Shown here: positions 51,158 to 60,617 of the stretch, in pieces
How positions within the stretch are numbered: position 1 is the first letter of the stretch
Layout: each line of letters starts with the position of its first letter
NCBI GenBank assembly: GCA_963665235.2
Contig: CAXXLX010000001.1
Location: 3,552,001 to 3,616,000, forward strand
Direction: 5' to 3'
Origin: Candidatus Poribacteria bacterium
GTDB lineage: Bacteria; Poribacteria; WGA-4E; WGA-3G
Length of the DNA: 64,000 bases
Notes under the pieces: model-generated
What the model saw: only the letters and a program-made list of their open reading frames with translations
Databases searched by the model: none
What the model was told of the DNA's origin: nothing
Program-made: the position numbers and the translations under genes

Positions 51158-51750
51158 CAAAAAAAGTTTGCCATGTTTTGCAAATTATGTTATACTAAAA
51201 TGGCTATTGGCTATTGGCTATTGGCTTATGGCAAGAGAAAGAGGACACTGACGCGCAACAGAAAATTGCTTAGAATCATAACCTCTTGCTAATTGCTAAT
51301 CGCTACTTGCCATTTGCTAAATAGACGGACACCTACTTTGGAGGTAAATTCAATGAAACGCACAATAGCACATGAGTTGATGGAACAAGGTATAGAAATC
51401 GGTGAACAGCGCGGTGAACAGCGCGGTATAGAAATCGGTGAACAGCGCGGGGTGGTTCGTGCGAAGCGGGAAGATATTCTAAAAGTGCTATATTCCCGTT
51501 TTGACTATGTTCCCGATACACTCACCCGTAAAATCGGCAGAATGCGCAGTCTCGAACGGCTAGATTCAATCCTCATGCAGGCGTTAGAGGTGCAATCCAT
51601 GGAGGATATAGAGTGGTAATGCGGCAGATTGGCTATTGACTTATGGAAACCGTTGATAAGAGAAGAGCCCTCTGACGCGCTTCAGATATGTGCTTAGAGG
51701 CACAAACCTCTTGCTAATTGCTAATCGCTAATTGCCATTTGCTAATTCAA
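51158..51750 (+). other. Mini Rpn cassette: promoter, repeat H, RpnS-like ORF, repeat H
   Basis: 51158-51240 matches the reverse complement of ~6470-6555; 51625-51750 matches the reverse complement of ~4603-4757. Confidence 0.75.
51353..51619 (+). CDS. Orphan RpnS-like small protein (88 aa)
   Basis: GGAGGT RBS + MKRTIAHELMEQG; close variant of 4761-5015. Confidence 0.78.
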   Translation: MKRTIAHELMEQGIEIGEQRGEQRGIEIGEQRGVVRAKREDILKVLYSRFDYVPDTLTRKIGRMRSLERLDSILMQALEVQSMEDIEW

Positions 51751-51794
51751 TATCAACCCTAATTCCTATACCGTTGTCCTGAGGCACACACGCA

Positions 51795-52046
51795 ATGCTG
51801 TTTATTATTTTTGTCCTTCTACTTCCGCTTGCCTTTTGGGTGATTTTACATTTTGCATCTAAACGGGACGCTGACGAAGAAGCAGAACCGAAAGCACTGA
51901 TGGAAGAATGCGCGCTCTGCCGAAACGAATTTTTGATGAGCGAGCTCCTTGAAAAAGAGGTTGGCAATTACGGCAGAATCTACTGCTTTTGTGGACAGTG
52001 TATTGAAAACCTCTATACTGAGTATCAAGAAAAAGACACACCTTAG
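51795..52046 (+). CDS. Small membrane protein with Cys-rich (CxxC..CxCxxC) domain
   Basis: N-terminal TM, CALC, CFCGQC. Confidence 0.65.
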   Translation: MLFIIFVLLLPLAFWVILHFASKRDADEEAEPKALMEECALCRNEFLMSELLEKEVGNYGRIYCFCGQCIENLYTEYQEKDTP

Positions 52047-52062
52047 CACAGGAGAGTAAACT

Positions 52063-53106
52063 ATGTATGATTTGGTCACGTTTGGTGAGGCGATGATTCG
52101 GCTTACCGCCCCGGAGTTTATGCGGCTGGAGCAGGTCACATCGCTTGAAATCACAGCCGGGGGCGCGGAGATGAACGTCGCTGTCAACGCCGCACAACTC
52201 GGTTTACGCACAGCATGGGTCTCGCGACTCGTGGATAATTGGTCCGGCCGCTATATTCGTAACAAGGGACGCGAACTTGGCGTAGACATGTCTAACATCG
52301 TGTGGGTTGATTTCGACGGGGTCGGCTTCGAACGAAATGGGTTTTATCACCTTGAAATGGGAGCGGGCCCGCGAGCGAGTAGCGTGACCTATGACCGCGG
52401 ACATTCGGCAATCTCTAACGTTCAGCCGGGTGAAATTGATTGGGCATCTATATTCAGCAGTGCGCGGTGGTTTCATCTGAGTGGCATCACACCGGCGTTA
52501 TCGGAATCAGCGGCAGCAGTTTCTGCTGAAGCTCTTCAAGCCGCACAGGCAGCAGGTGTCAAAACAAGCTACGACCTTAACTTCCGTTCTAAACTGTGGA
52601 ATGCCGAACAGGCGCAAGCGGTGAACCGGCCGATGATGAAGCACGTCTCTGTGCTCATCGGCAACGAAGAGGATTTCGAAAAATCACTCGGCTTCGCTGC
52701 GGAAGGCGCAACCGAGTCTTACAGTAAACTTGAGCCTGAGAGCTATAAAGCGGTTGCACAGCGAGTCAAAGACGCTTTTCCGAACATCGAGATGATTGGG
52801 ACAACACTACGGGACGCTAAAACTGGATGGCTCAACGATTGGCGCACGCTCCTGTTTGATGGCGAAGAATTTTATCTCTCACGTATCTACGAAAATTTAG
52901 AATTAGTCGATCGAGTCGGCGGGGGGGATAGTTTTTCTTCCGGGTTAATCTACAGCCTATTGAGCGGCAAACCTCCACAGGAGGCGGTTGATTTTGCTGG
53001 CGGGTATTCTGCCCTGGCGCATACCTTCCCCGGTGATTTCAACTGGGCAACAGCAGCGGAAGCGGAAAAAGCGATGCAGGCGGGAGGTGTCCGAATCAGT
53101 CGTTAG
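52063..53106 (+). CDS. PfkB family sugar kinase (KDG-kinase-like)
   Basis: FGEAM, GGAEMN, YDLNFR, DRVGGGDSF. Confidence 0.92.
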   Translation: MYDLVTFGEAMIRLTAPEFMRLEQVTSLEITAGGAEMNVAVNAAQLGLRTAWVSRLVDNWSGRYIRNKGRELGVDMSNIVWVDFDGVGFERNGFYHLEMGAGPRASSVTYDRGHSAISNVQPGEIDWASIFSSARWFHLSGITPALSESAAAVSAEALQAAQAAGVKTSYDLNFRSKLWNAEQAQAVNRPMMKHVSVLIGNEEDFEKSLGFAAEGATESYSKLEPESYKAVAQRVKDAFPNIEMIGTTLRDAKTGWLNDWRTLLFDGEEFYLSRIYENLELVDRVGGGDSFSSGLIYSLLSGKPPQEAVDFAGGYSALAHTFPGDFNWATAAEAEKAMQAGGVRISR

Positions 53107-54278
53107 CTTTTCTCAAGCAGAAAAAGGAATTCGCGATTCGGTTTTTCGGCTGTGTTCACCCATTCGTCCGTCCATTTCATGCCAGCCATGACGTTCTTTT
53201 TATAGTTAACTTCAAGCACAGCGAGAAGTTTTCCGTTTTTTCGCATGACATCGTTCAATTCTTCGGCAGTGGCGCGCCCCCCGGAGCTGTATGATAGGAG
53301 AATCCAACGAGCCTGTGCTCTCTGTATCAATTGTGCTATTGCCTCAACAGCGATGAAGTGGCCGTCCGCGTTACGGCGGAATTCCTCAAAGATGGAGGCT
53401 GCGAGAACGTCTGATGTATCTTTGCGCCGCTTTGCCTTGCCGAAAAGGGGTGGCGTGTCAAAAAGAATGATGCTCTGCCAGAGATGATAGTAGGCGGCAT
53501 ATCTGACGCGAGAGGCAGGCATCTTTTCGTTGTTGGAACCGTACGGCGGATCGAAATAGGCAAGGTCAACGGAGACACGCGGGAGAAGCTCAAAGATGTC
53601 GCTTCGGAAAACCTGATGCGCTGCTACTGTGCTAACTATATTTGGCACCTTAAGCAGAAGCGATTTATAGGCGCGCGGTGCCCAGGTTTTGAGGTACGCG
53701 GAATGATGTCCGAGGCTGCTGTCAACTGCATCGAGGGCTAAAATGAGGCTTGTCAGTGCCACGGCTTTATCAATTGACGTAAGTTTGAGATTCTCAATTT
53801 CCTGCCGAATTGCATCCAGTTTACGGGTATTGTGTCGCTGCCACGGTTTCTTAAGACCGTCCGCTTGGATTGCACATCCGCTATTGACATCCCCCCCGTA
53901 ATGTTCTGTGAACCAACCATCAATAGGTGGAACACTGTTTAGATGGTCAATAAGGGATTGATAGGCGGAACTCGGTTTGTTGTTGAGCAGATAACACATT
54001 CCGAAAACTTCCGACCAAGGGGCGATGTCGTTGCAAACAACAGTGTAACCGCGTTGGGCGAACGCTTGCGAGACGCGTGTCGTGCCTGCAAAGCCATCTA
54101 GAATTGTCTTAGCGTCGACCCTGTTCGCAAGTTGGAGTATTTGCGGGATAAGCTTTAGCTTGGAACCGATGTACTTTATGCCTTGTGTAGAAGGCACATC
54201 AAGCATGAGGTTTTCAAAGAGTCGGCGAGTTTGCGTCACGGTTCTATTCCTGAAAAGAAATTTAACCCTTGTGGCCAT
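53103..54278 (-). CDS. N6-adenine DNA methyltransferase (D12-type), orphan; start may be ~54206
   Basis: YIGSK, DGFAGT, DPPY. Confidence 0.88.
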   Translation of the reverse strand: MATRVKFLFRNRTVTQTRRLFENLMLDVPSTQGIKYIGSKLKLIPQILQLANRVDAKTILDGFAGTTRVSQAFAQRGYTVVCNDIAPWSEVFGMCYLLNNKPSSAYQSLIDHLNSVPPIDGWFTEHYGGDVNSGCAIQADGLKKPWQRHNTRKLDAIRQEIENLKLTSIDKAVALTSLILALDAVDSSLGHHSAYLKTWAPRAYKSLLLKVPNIVSTVAAHQVFRSDIFELLPRVSVDLAYFDPPYGSNNEKMPASRVRYAAYYHLWQSIILFDTPPLFGKAKRRKDTSDVLAASIFEEFRRNADGHFIAVEAIAQLIQRAQARWILLSYSSGGRATAEELNDVMRKNGKLLAVLEVNYKKNVMAGMKWTDEWVNTAEKPNREFLFLLEKS

Positions 54279-54350
54279 TGCGTTTACCTAGAACAATCGC
54301 ATGCACCTTTAACATGAGCCGAGACTTGGCAGGCTAAATTTGCGTCTGTC

Positions 54351-55214
54351 CTATCGCACAAAACGGGCAAGAAATTCACGAGACCGTAAAAGACCTTCCG
54401 ACTCCGCTTCCCACGTTCGCCAATAACGGTAGTCTTCCAGCTCCACGCTGAAAATACCATCGAAGCCTTCATCTTCCAGACGTTGCACCACCTTCAGCCA
54501 ATCTACAACGCCATCCCCCGGAATTGTGTATCGCCACCAGTCTTCACCGAAGCCGCGTGCCCCGTGAAAACTTGGGCCCAAATTGCCGTGCAGGTAAAGA
54601 GCCTCCTCGTCAAAAGCGGTGTCTTTTCCGTGGACATGTTTGACATAAGGCGCAAATTCGTTTAGTGCACGAATGTGGTCAATCCCTATTCTGACGAGAT
54701 GTGACGGGTCATAGTTGAGGCCTAAGCCTGGGGATGGACACTCGGTGAACATGGCGCGCCACATTTCTGGCGTACATCCGAGGGCAGGATACGCAGGCGC
54801 GGGGCCGGGCCACCCCTCAACAGCGATAGTTACGCCCTTAGATTCAGCAAATTCAGCAATAGGTGGCACTGTGTCTTTCCAAATATCGAAGTTTTTGGCG
54901 CGGCCGAGGCTTGCATCTTCAGGTACAAAGACACAAAACATGATGTGCACGTCGTTTTCAGCGGCGGCTTGTATAGCAGATTTTGCCTTTTCTGCCCCCG
55001 ATTTTTGTGTAGACCGCTTTGCGCTGAGCAGTTCGCGAACACCGGGCAGGTCTGATGTGCCAATTTCCAAACCAGCATCCCGTGCAGTTTTGACAACTTC
55101 CGGGGTTGCCTCGCCTATGTCAACGGCTTCAAAACCGTTGTCGGCACACCAGCGACAGAACTCCGCGAAAGACAACTGACGGGCTGTGCCGGGAATACGT
55201 AAACCAATTTTCAT
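54351..55214 (-). CDS. Sugar phosphate isomerase/epimerase (xylose-isomerase-like TIM barrel)
   Basis: NYDPSH, HVHGKD, SVELE. Confidence 0.9.
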   Translation of the reverse strand: MKIGLRIPGTARQLSFAEFCRWCADNGFEAVDIGEATPEVVKTARDAGLEIGTSDLPGVRELLSAKRSTQKSGAEKAKSAIQAAAENDVHIMFCVFVPEDASLGRAKNFDIWKDTVPPIAEFAESKGVTIAVEGWPGPAPAYPALGCTPEMWRAMFTECPSPGLGLNYDPSHLVRIGIDHIRALNEFAPYVKHVHGKDTAFDEEALYLHGNLGPSFHGARGFGEDWWRYTIPGDGVVDWLKVVQRLEDEGFDGIFSVELEDYRYWRTWEAESEGLLRSREFLARFVR

Positions 55215-55229
55215 CTAATTCTCCTCTAA

Positions 55230-56450
55230 CTAAAATCCCATCAATCCACAACAACGGCGGCATACCGGCATAGGGCCATCTGTGCTAACGGACTGTCGAA
55301 ATTTTAGTGCTTTTTGATTGTTCCACATATCAACAACCTTGTCCTCTTTGATATTGCCGATGATATAGTCGTGGTAGTCTCGGCAGAGGCTCACATCGCC
55401 GTTGCTATCGATTTCCATGGTCATGTAGATGCTGACACACTGATTGTACCCGAAGGTTTGCTGATGGTCGGTGTAATACCGTTGAATTTCGCCGCGGGTA
55501 TTCAATCTCGGCATCATAATGGGGGGGCAACGTTGCTGCTTGTTAGCAAGATTTTCCATCTCTTCGAACCGGTCGAGAATTACGCCGTGGTCGAAGTCTT
55601 TCCAGGTCCCTATCCATCCGTAGTGGGTTTGCGGCTTGAATCCGAACCGCTCCTCAAAGTCTTCCGTATGTTCCTGCGCGGATTCAGCATCAATCCACCA
55701 AGTCAGATAGAAGATTTGCGCGTCAGCGAATTGACTCGTAAACTTATAGAGGTCAACTACCACGTCGATGTTGTACATCGTGACACAGCTAAGCGGAATG
55801 ATATACGGGAATGCAAGATTTCTACGCTCTTTTTCCGCGCTAAGCGTTTCCAGTGCGGCTTTGACATCCTTGAAGTTGTCATAGTTCTTAGAGACACCGG
55901 GCCGCTGCGTGTTATGAATTTCCTCGTTCGGACCGTCCACGCTCAGATAGATAATTTTGCAGGTCTCCAGAATATCGTCCGCACGCCGTGCAATGTTAGT
56001 GGCGTTGCTGACAAGTGAGATGGGCATGCCGCGTTCTTTGATATAGTGCAACAGTTCGATGATGTCCGGGTAAAGCATCGGCTCGCCGCCCCAGATGTAC
56101 CACACAGGCGACCAGCCTTCATCGACGATTTGGTCGACCAGTTTTTTATAGTATTCTAGCGGCACTTCACGTTGCTTCAATTCCTTGAGCGATTTGCCGA
56201 GCAGATACCCGTTATCCCCCCACTGACCGCAGGAATGACAACGGAGATTACACATGTCGGTGATACGGAGGCTAACCAATTGGATAGCGTCTCCTTTTCC
56301 GTGCTTCGCGCCGAGCGGGTGACGTAAGTTGAAGCTTTCCTTCGCAAGTTGGTAACGCATGAACTTCTGTGAGGTCCGCCAATCCTCCGATATGGCGCTA
56401 GCAAGTTGATTGACAAGAAAGCGAGATGAGATTCGACTTCGTAGTGCCAT
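55230..56450 (-). CDS. Radical SAM/SPASM domain protein
   Basis: CNLRCHSC, GGEP, C-terminal C..G.V..C..CRRCC. Confidence 0.92.
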   Translation of the reverse strand: MALRSRISSRFLVNQLASAISEDWRTSQKFMRYQLAKESFNLRHPLGAKHGKGDAIQLVSLRITDMCNLRCHSCGQWGDNGYLLGKSLKELKQREVPLEYYKKLVDQIVDEGWSPVWYIWGGEPMLYPDIIELLHYIKERGMPISLVSNATNIARRADDILETCKIIYLSVDGPNEEIHNTQRPGVSKNYDNFKDVKAALETLSAEKERRNLAFPYIIPLSCVTMYNIDVVVDLYKFTSQFADAQIFYLTWWIDAESAQEHTEDFEERFGFKPQTHYGWIGTWKDFDHGVILDRFEEMENLANKQQRCPPIMMPRLNTRGEIQRYYTDHQQTFGYNQCVSIYMTMEIDSNGDVSLCRDYHDYIIGNIKEDKVVDMWNNQKALKFRQSVSTDGPMPVCRRCCGLMGF

Positions 56451-56490
56451 CACTACTCCTTTTTTCTAATGTCGCCAAAAGTGGCGTGGG

Positions 56491-56904
56491 TTAAGAATTG
56501 TCCGCTGTCTCAACTAATGTAAGTGCTGCTGAATTGAGACAATAACGTTCGCCTGTTGGCTCCGGGCCGTCGCTAAAAACATGCCCGAGATGTGCATCAC
56601 AACGGCTACAGACGACTTCGATTCGCGGCATAAAGAAAAAGCTGCGATCTGGTTTCATTTCAATGCATTCAGGCGTGATAGGTTGCCAAAAACTGGGCCA
56701 CCCAGTACCGGAATCGTATTTGGTTTCCGAACTGAAAAGGGGGGTTCCACAACAGATACAGTGATAGGTCCCCTGCGTTTTGCAATCGTGGTATTTTCCC
56801 GTGAAGGCACGTTCGGTCCCTTTCTTTCGGGTCACCTTAAATTCTTCAGGGGTAAGTTGTTCTTTCCACTCTTTGTCCGATTTAATAACTTTTTCTGCTC
56901 CCAT
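56491..56904 (-). CDS. msrB: Peptide-methionine (R)-S-oxide reductase
   Basis: [26 protein letters not shown]. Confidence 0.97.
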   Translation of the reverse strand: MGAEKVIKSDKEWKEQLTPEEFKVTRKKGTERAFTGKYHDCKTQGTYHCICCGTPLFSSETKYDSGTGWPSFWQPITPECIEMKPDRSFFFMPRIEVVCSRCDAHLGHVFSDGPEPTGERYCLNSAALTLVETADNS

Positions 56905-57060
56905 TTTTCCCTCCGCTAACAAAAATTGGAGACGTAACCTGTTCCATGAATACTATATCATATTTTAAAAAGAAAAGCAAAACGTTTTTTTGAAGTGGGT
57001 GTGTAAAGTTTTTGTACAAGTTGTTCAGTATTAGTCCAGTATGGGCATTATGTTTATAGC

Positions 57061-57441
57061 ATGTTGGTTGTTGGAAACCTATGGAAACCTCGCTGGCTAT
57101 CGGAAAAAAAGACACCGGCGGATTGCGAAACGGCTATCCGAATGGCAATGCGGGCTGTTGAATCGGTTTGTGTGGAAATTGCAGATGCACCGCAGGCAAA
57201 ATTAGATGAAACATTCAAAAAACTTTCTGCCGAGAACGGACAACTTAAGATGCCGCGTCAGCTGAAAGCCGCATTTAAAAAGTTTTACGGATATACCTCT
57301 GACGATGGAGGCATCCACTCACCGCTCTTGGACGTTGCAGAGCTCGATGTTGAAGATGCGGTTTTTATGCTGGTGGCGTGTTCGGGATTCATCAGCTATC
57401 TGATCGCGAAAGCCTCTAAGGCTGGCATTGAGCTGACTTAG
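57061..57441 (+). pseudogene. C-terminal fragment of an AbiJ-like/HEPN-type protein
   Basis: AVESVC..AFKKFYGYTSDDGGIHS..DAVFMLVACS; N-terminus looks repeat-derived. Confidence 0.5.
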
Positions 57442-57450
57442 GGCCCCTTT

Positions 57451-57492
57451 GTAGGCGTGCTTTGATGAAGATTAGTTTTTAAATTCGGTAAT
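57451..57492 (+). mobile_element. Half REP palindrome plus truncated IS630-like end
   Basis: GTAGGCGTGCTTTGATGAAGAT-TA-...AATTCGGTAAT, as at 39507-39548. Confidence 0.6.
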
Positions 57493-57552
57493 TTTGGAAC
57501 GGGCGATAAATCCCCCTACTACGAGCCCTTATGTTGATAGTGGGGGAACCAT

Positions 57553-58776
57553 TCATTGCCCGTCGATTCCCGATTTATCTTTCTCTTTTACGGGTCCCAA
57601 AACTCTGCATGTTGTTGCTGAGAGGATTTCATATCGCACGCCGCCCCAAACGATTTTTCGCTGGAAAGTTGCGTATACAGCATTGAGTCCTGCAAGAAAC
57701 ATGGAAAAGGGTGTAGCGAAAGAGGTGATGCGAATCGTGTCACGCATTCTCGGCATCTCCCGTACCCACCGCGGCAGGTTCGAACAGAAAATCCGATAAC
57801 TCACTACTTCAAAGAAGGGGATAAGCACAACCGGTAACAGCCCCGGTCGGACCGCTAAGAAAGGAATTGTGCCGAACACTAGCACAGATTTCGGCAGGAA
57901 CAGAAGGAGACTCCCGAGCCACTGTACCCACAGGCCCATGTGACGTGTCATAATCATCTGCCGGTTCGTAAATTCCAATATTTGATGCCATGTCCGGTTA
58001 GCGGTGCGCGTAATCGCCACACAATCCGGCACAAAATGTACTTTACGCTTAACATCTCTGACAGCAAGGGTCGTATTGAGGTCCTCAATTGTTGCATGTT
58101 CCCACCGCTCCAGAATCTGTGCGGTCTCAAGGAGCTCACGTCGGAAAGCGTTAGACCCTCCCCAGACCATAGAAAATTTATGGTCGCCTTGTAATGCCAA
58201 CTGGAAATTGACCCAGATAGCTTCAACGAGTGAGGCAAAGTTCCACGTTTGCGGAAAATAGAATCTTCCGCCAACCGTTGCACCAATCTCTTCTTCTTGA
58301 AGTGGATTGACAAGAAGTGTCAACCAATCCGATTGAATAATCACATCCGCATCTACAAAAGCGATAACTTCAACATCCTCCGGGAGGATTTCTATCACTG
58401 TTATGAGATTCTGCACCTTTTGTGAACGCGGGAGATTGTTATCAACGATATTTGGAGCTAAGACGACATCCGCGTGTGGGACCTCTTTTGTCAGTTCTTG
58501 TAGGTGTGGATACGAGACATCGTACCCATTATCCGCTTTTTGGTGTGTTACAAAGTAGACGTGATACTCGCCGGCGTATTCCTGATGGAGAAGGCTTTTA
58601 GCATGCTCCGCTATTTCGGCATCCCACCCGTAGTGGGGGGCGATAATTGCTGCTTTAGGCGTATAGGCAGCCCGAGCCGCCTTCCGTTCGCGACGCGCAT
58701 ATAGAAAGGATTGGCTAATCATTAACAACTGTAAAATAAAGAAAAAATAGGCAGTTGCGATAATATATGTATCCAT
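57553..58776 (-). CDS. Glycosyltransferase family 2 (ceramide glucosyltransferase-like)
   Basis: FVDAD, WGGS, IED, RQ, IVWGG.RY; TM helices. Confidence 0.88.
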   Translation of the reverse strand: MDTYIIATAYFFFILQLLMISQSFLYARRERKAARAAYTPKAAIIAPHYGWDAEIAEHAKSLLHQEYAGEYHVYFVTHQKADNGYDVSYPHLQELTKEVPHADVVLAPNIVDNNLPRSQKVQNLITVIEILPEDVEVIAFVDADVIIQSDWLTLLVNPLQEEEIGATVGGRFYFPQTWNFASLVEAIWVNFQLALQGDHKFSMVWGGSNAFRRELLETAQILERWEHATIEDLNTTLAVRDVKRKVHFVPDCVAITRTANRTWHQILEFTNRQMIMTRHMGLWVQWLGSLLLFLPKSVLVFGTIPFLAVRPGLLPVVLIPFFEVVSYRIFCSNLPRWVREMPRMRDTIRITSFATPFSMFLAGLNAVYATFQRKIVWGGVRYEILSATTCRVLGPVKEKDKSGIDGQ

Positions 58777-58805
58777 AATACGTATTGCGACATACGGGTG
58801 TATGC

Positions 58806-60617
58806 CTATTCCCCTGCTGTCGTCCGAAGTCGTTCCCGGGTTGTTTTAAGTTTGGGAATCAGTTCTGCATCGAGTAGAAAAATTAGATTCGACGTGTGTC
58901 GGAGCCTCGAATAGAAACGGCCGGACGCATCTGTTTTGCCGATTTGCAAGGTATAAACCTTCTGATTTCGCAATTCAACAGTAATCTGTAGGATGGGGGC
59001 ATCCAAACCGGTTGTGGCAGCAGACACATCGTGGGTTTCTCCGCTTACATAAGCCTCAGCCTTCAGGTCGTTAAGTTCATAAATGATAGCATTCACTTCG
59101 GCATTGTTCGCGTCCTCTTTCACAGGAGCGGTTAAACGCCAGTTCGTACTGAGCCGTTTGCATGTGAGCGGCACATCATCCGGTGACGCTAAGGTGAGCC
59201 GGATTGCATCGTCAATGTTGAACTTCAGAATTTGTCTATCTCTTAGCCACGTGACCCCCATCGCAATTTTGTCAATGAGACCCCGTTTGACACGGACAAC
59301 CCGCTCCGAACCCTTCGCTTTGACATAGACGGTATCGTCTTGTCGGTAGTTGCCGATGTGCAGAACTGCGGGTGTTTTCTGACCGTGTAACGTGAACCTT
59401 ACCTGCATTGCTGGGGTTTTTAGTCCATATTGTGATAGGTTTTCAGTAGAATTGCTAACAAACGCAACGGCTTCAAGCGAATCAACCCCGTAAAGCAGGT
59501 CACTCACTGCTTGTGCGTCCGCTTTTATTTTAATCGGGGTTTGCAGCTCCCATATTTCATCGTTCCCTGCAATTGTCTCCGTTTTGATACCGACAATTTT
59601 TTCAGTCCCGCGTTGAATTTCAAAACGAATTGTGTCCCCGCGTTGAAAGTCGAGGACGCGTTTATCGCGCAGCTCAAAAACGGATTTATTAAGAAGTGTG
59701 TAGATGTCACTGCTAACCGTATAGATTCCACCTTGATGGATGGGCTTCACATAGACCTGCCGTGGACCCAAGTTTTCTTGACCCTGAGGCGGAGGAACAG
59801 CTGCCCCGATGTTGAGCTCCTGTGTACCTGTATTATCTATAAGTGCGAACCGGATGCGTGGCGTATCTAACCCGTATTTTTTCAGCTCTGTGCTATCCGC
59901 TTCAAAGGTTGACACCTGTAGCGAATGCAATTCCGCGAGGATGTTCTCAATTTCGGGTGAATCTGCTGCTACAGCGAGGGGGTATGTCATTTTCCAGATT
60001 CCCCTTTCCTTCTTACACACGATTTTCTCAGGGTGCTGAAACTGAATTTCAGAGACCGTGTCTAGGTTGAACTTAAGGACAGCGCGGTCGCGCAGATCCG
60101 TTGGCGACTTTGTTAAATCATCCAGCGCACTGGCTTCTATTAGGAAGATGTCCGCCTCCGATTTCTCTTTGATATAGACAGAAAAGTTGATTCCCTTTTT
60201 ACCGACAAAGAAGGTTTTAGATGAATTATTCATATCCGTATAGAGTTCAGCTGTTATGCTCGGTGTCTGTAGTCCGTACTGCTCTAATTCTGTCGCTTCA
60301 AAGGTTTGCCTGACGCGTTTGTTGACGAAATCCGCTAACATTTCGTTAACTTTTGTGGTGTCAGCGTGTGCTTGGAAGGGTGCTGTTATCTTCCAACTAC
60401 CATCCGCATCTTTCGCCAGTGTCAACGGTTGATAGGCTTTATCGGAAAATGTGAGGCGAACCTGTGTAATTTTTTGCAGCGGCAAATCGTATACCTCATG
60501 GATACGGGGTTTGTCCTGAGTGCCCGGCTTCTCTGTTGGGTTTTGAAAAAATAGCAGGTACGCGCCTGCAACGGCTATTAAGAGGAGGATAATGAAAAGG
60601 GTTGTTCGGAAATTCAC
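58806..60617 (-). CDS. DUF4340 domain protein (GTG start at 60617)
   Basis: Repeated W.L..P..AD..YGL..P and LRD modules; GTGA overlap with upstream gene. Confidence 0.85.
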   Translation of the reverse strand: MNFRTTLFIILLLIAVAGAYLLFFQNPTEKPGTQDKPRIHEVYDLPLQKITQVRLTFSDKAYQPLTLAKDADGSWKITAPFQAHADTTKVNEMLADFVNKRVRQTFEATELEQYGLQTPSITAELYTDMNNSSKTFFVGKKGINFSVYIKEKSEADIFLIEASALDDLTKSPTDLRDRAVLKFNLDTVSEIQFQHPEKIVCKKERGIWKMTYPLAVAADSPEIENILAELHSLQVSTFEADSTELKKYGLDTPRIRFALIDNTGTQELNIGAAVPPPQGQENLGPRQVYVKPIHQGGIYTVSSDIYTLLNKSVFELRDKRVLDFQRGDTIRFEIQRGTEKIVGIKTETIAGNDEIWELQTPIKIKADAQAVSDLLYGVDSLEAVAFVSNSTENLSQYGLKTPAMQVRFTLHGQKTPAVLHIGNYRQDDTVYVKAKGSERVVRVKRGLIDKIAMGVTWLRDRQILKFNIDDAIRLTLASPDDVPLTCKRLSTNWRLTAPVKEDANNAEVNAIIYELNDLKAEAYVSGETHDVSAATTGLDAPILQITVELRNQKVYTLQIGKTDASGRFYSRLRHTSNLIFLLDAELIPKLKTTRERLRTTAGE

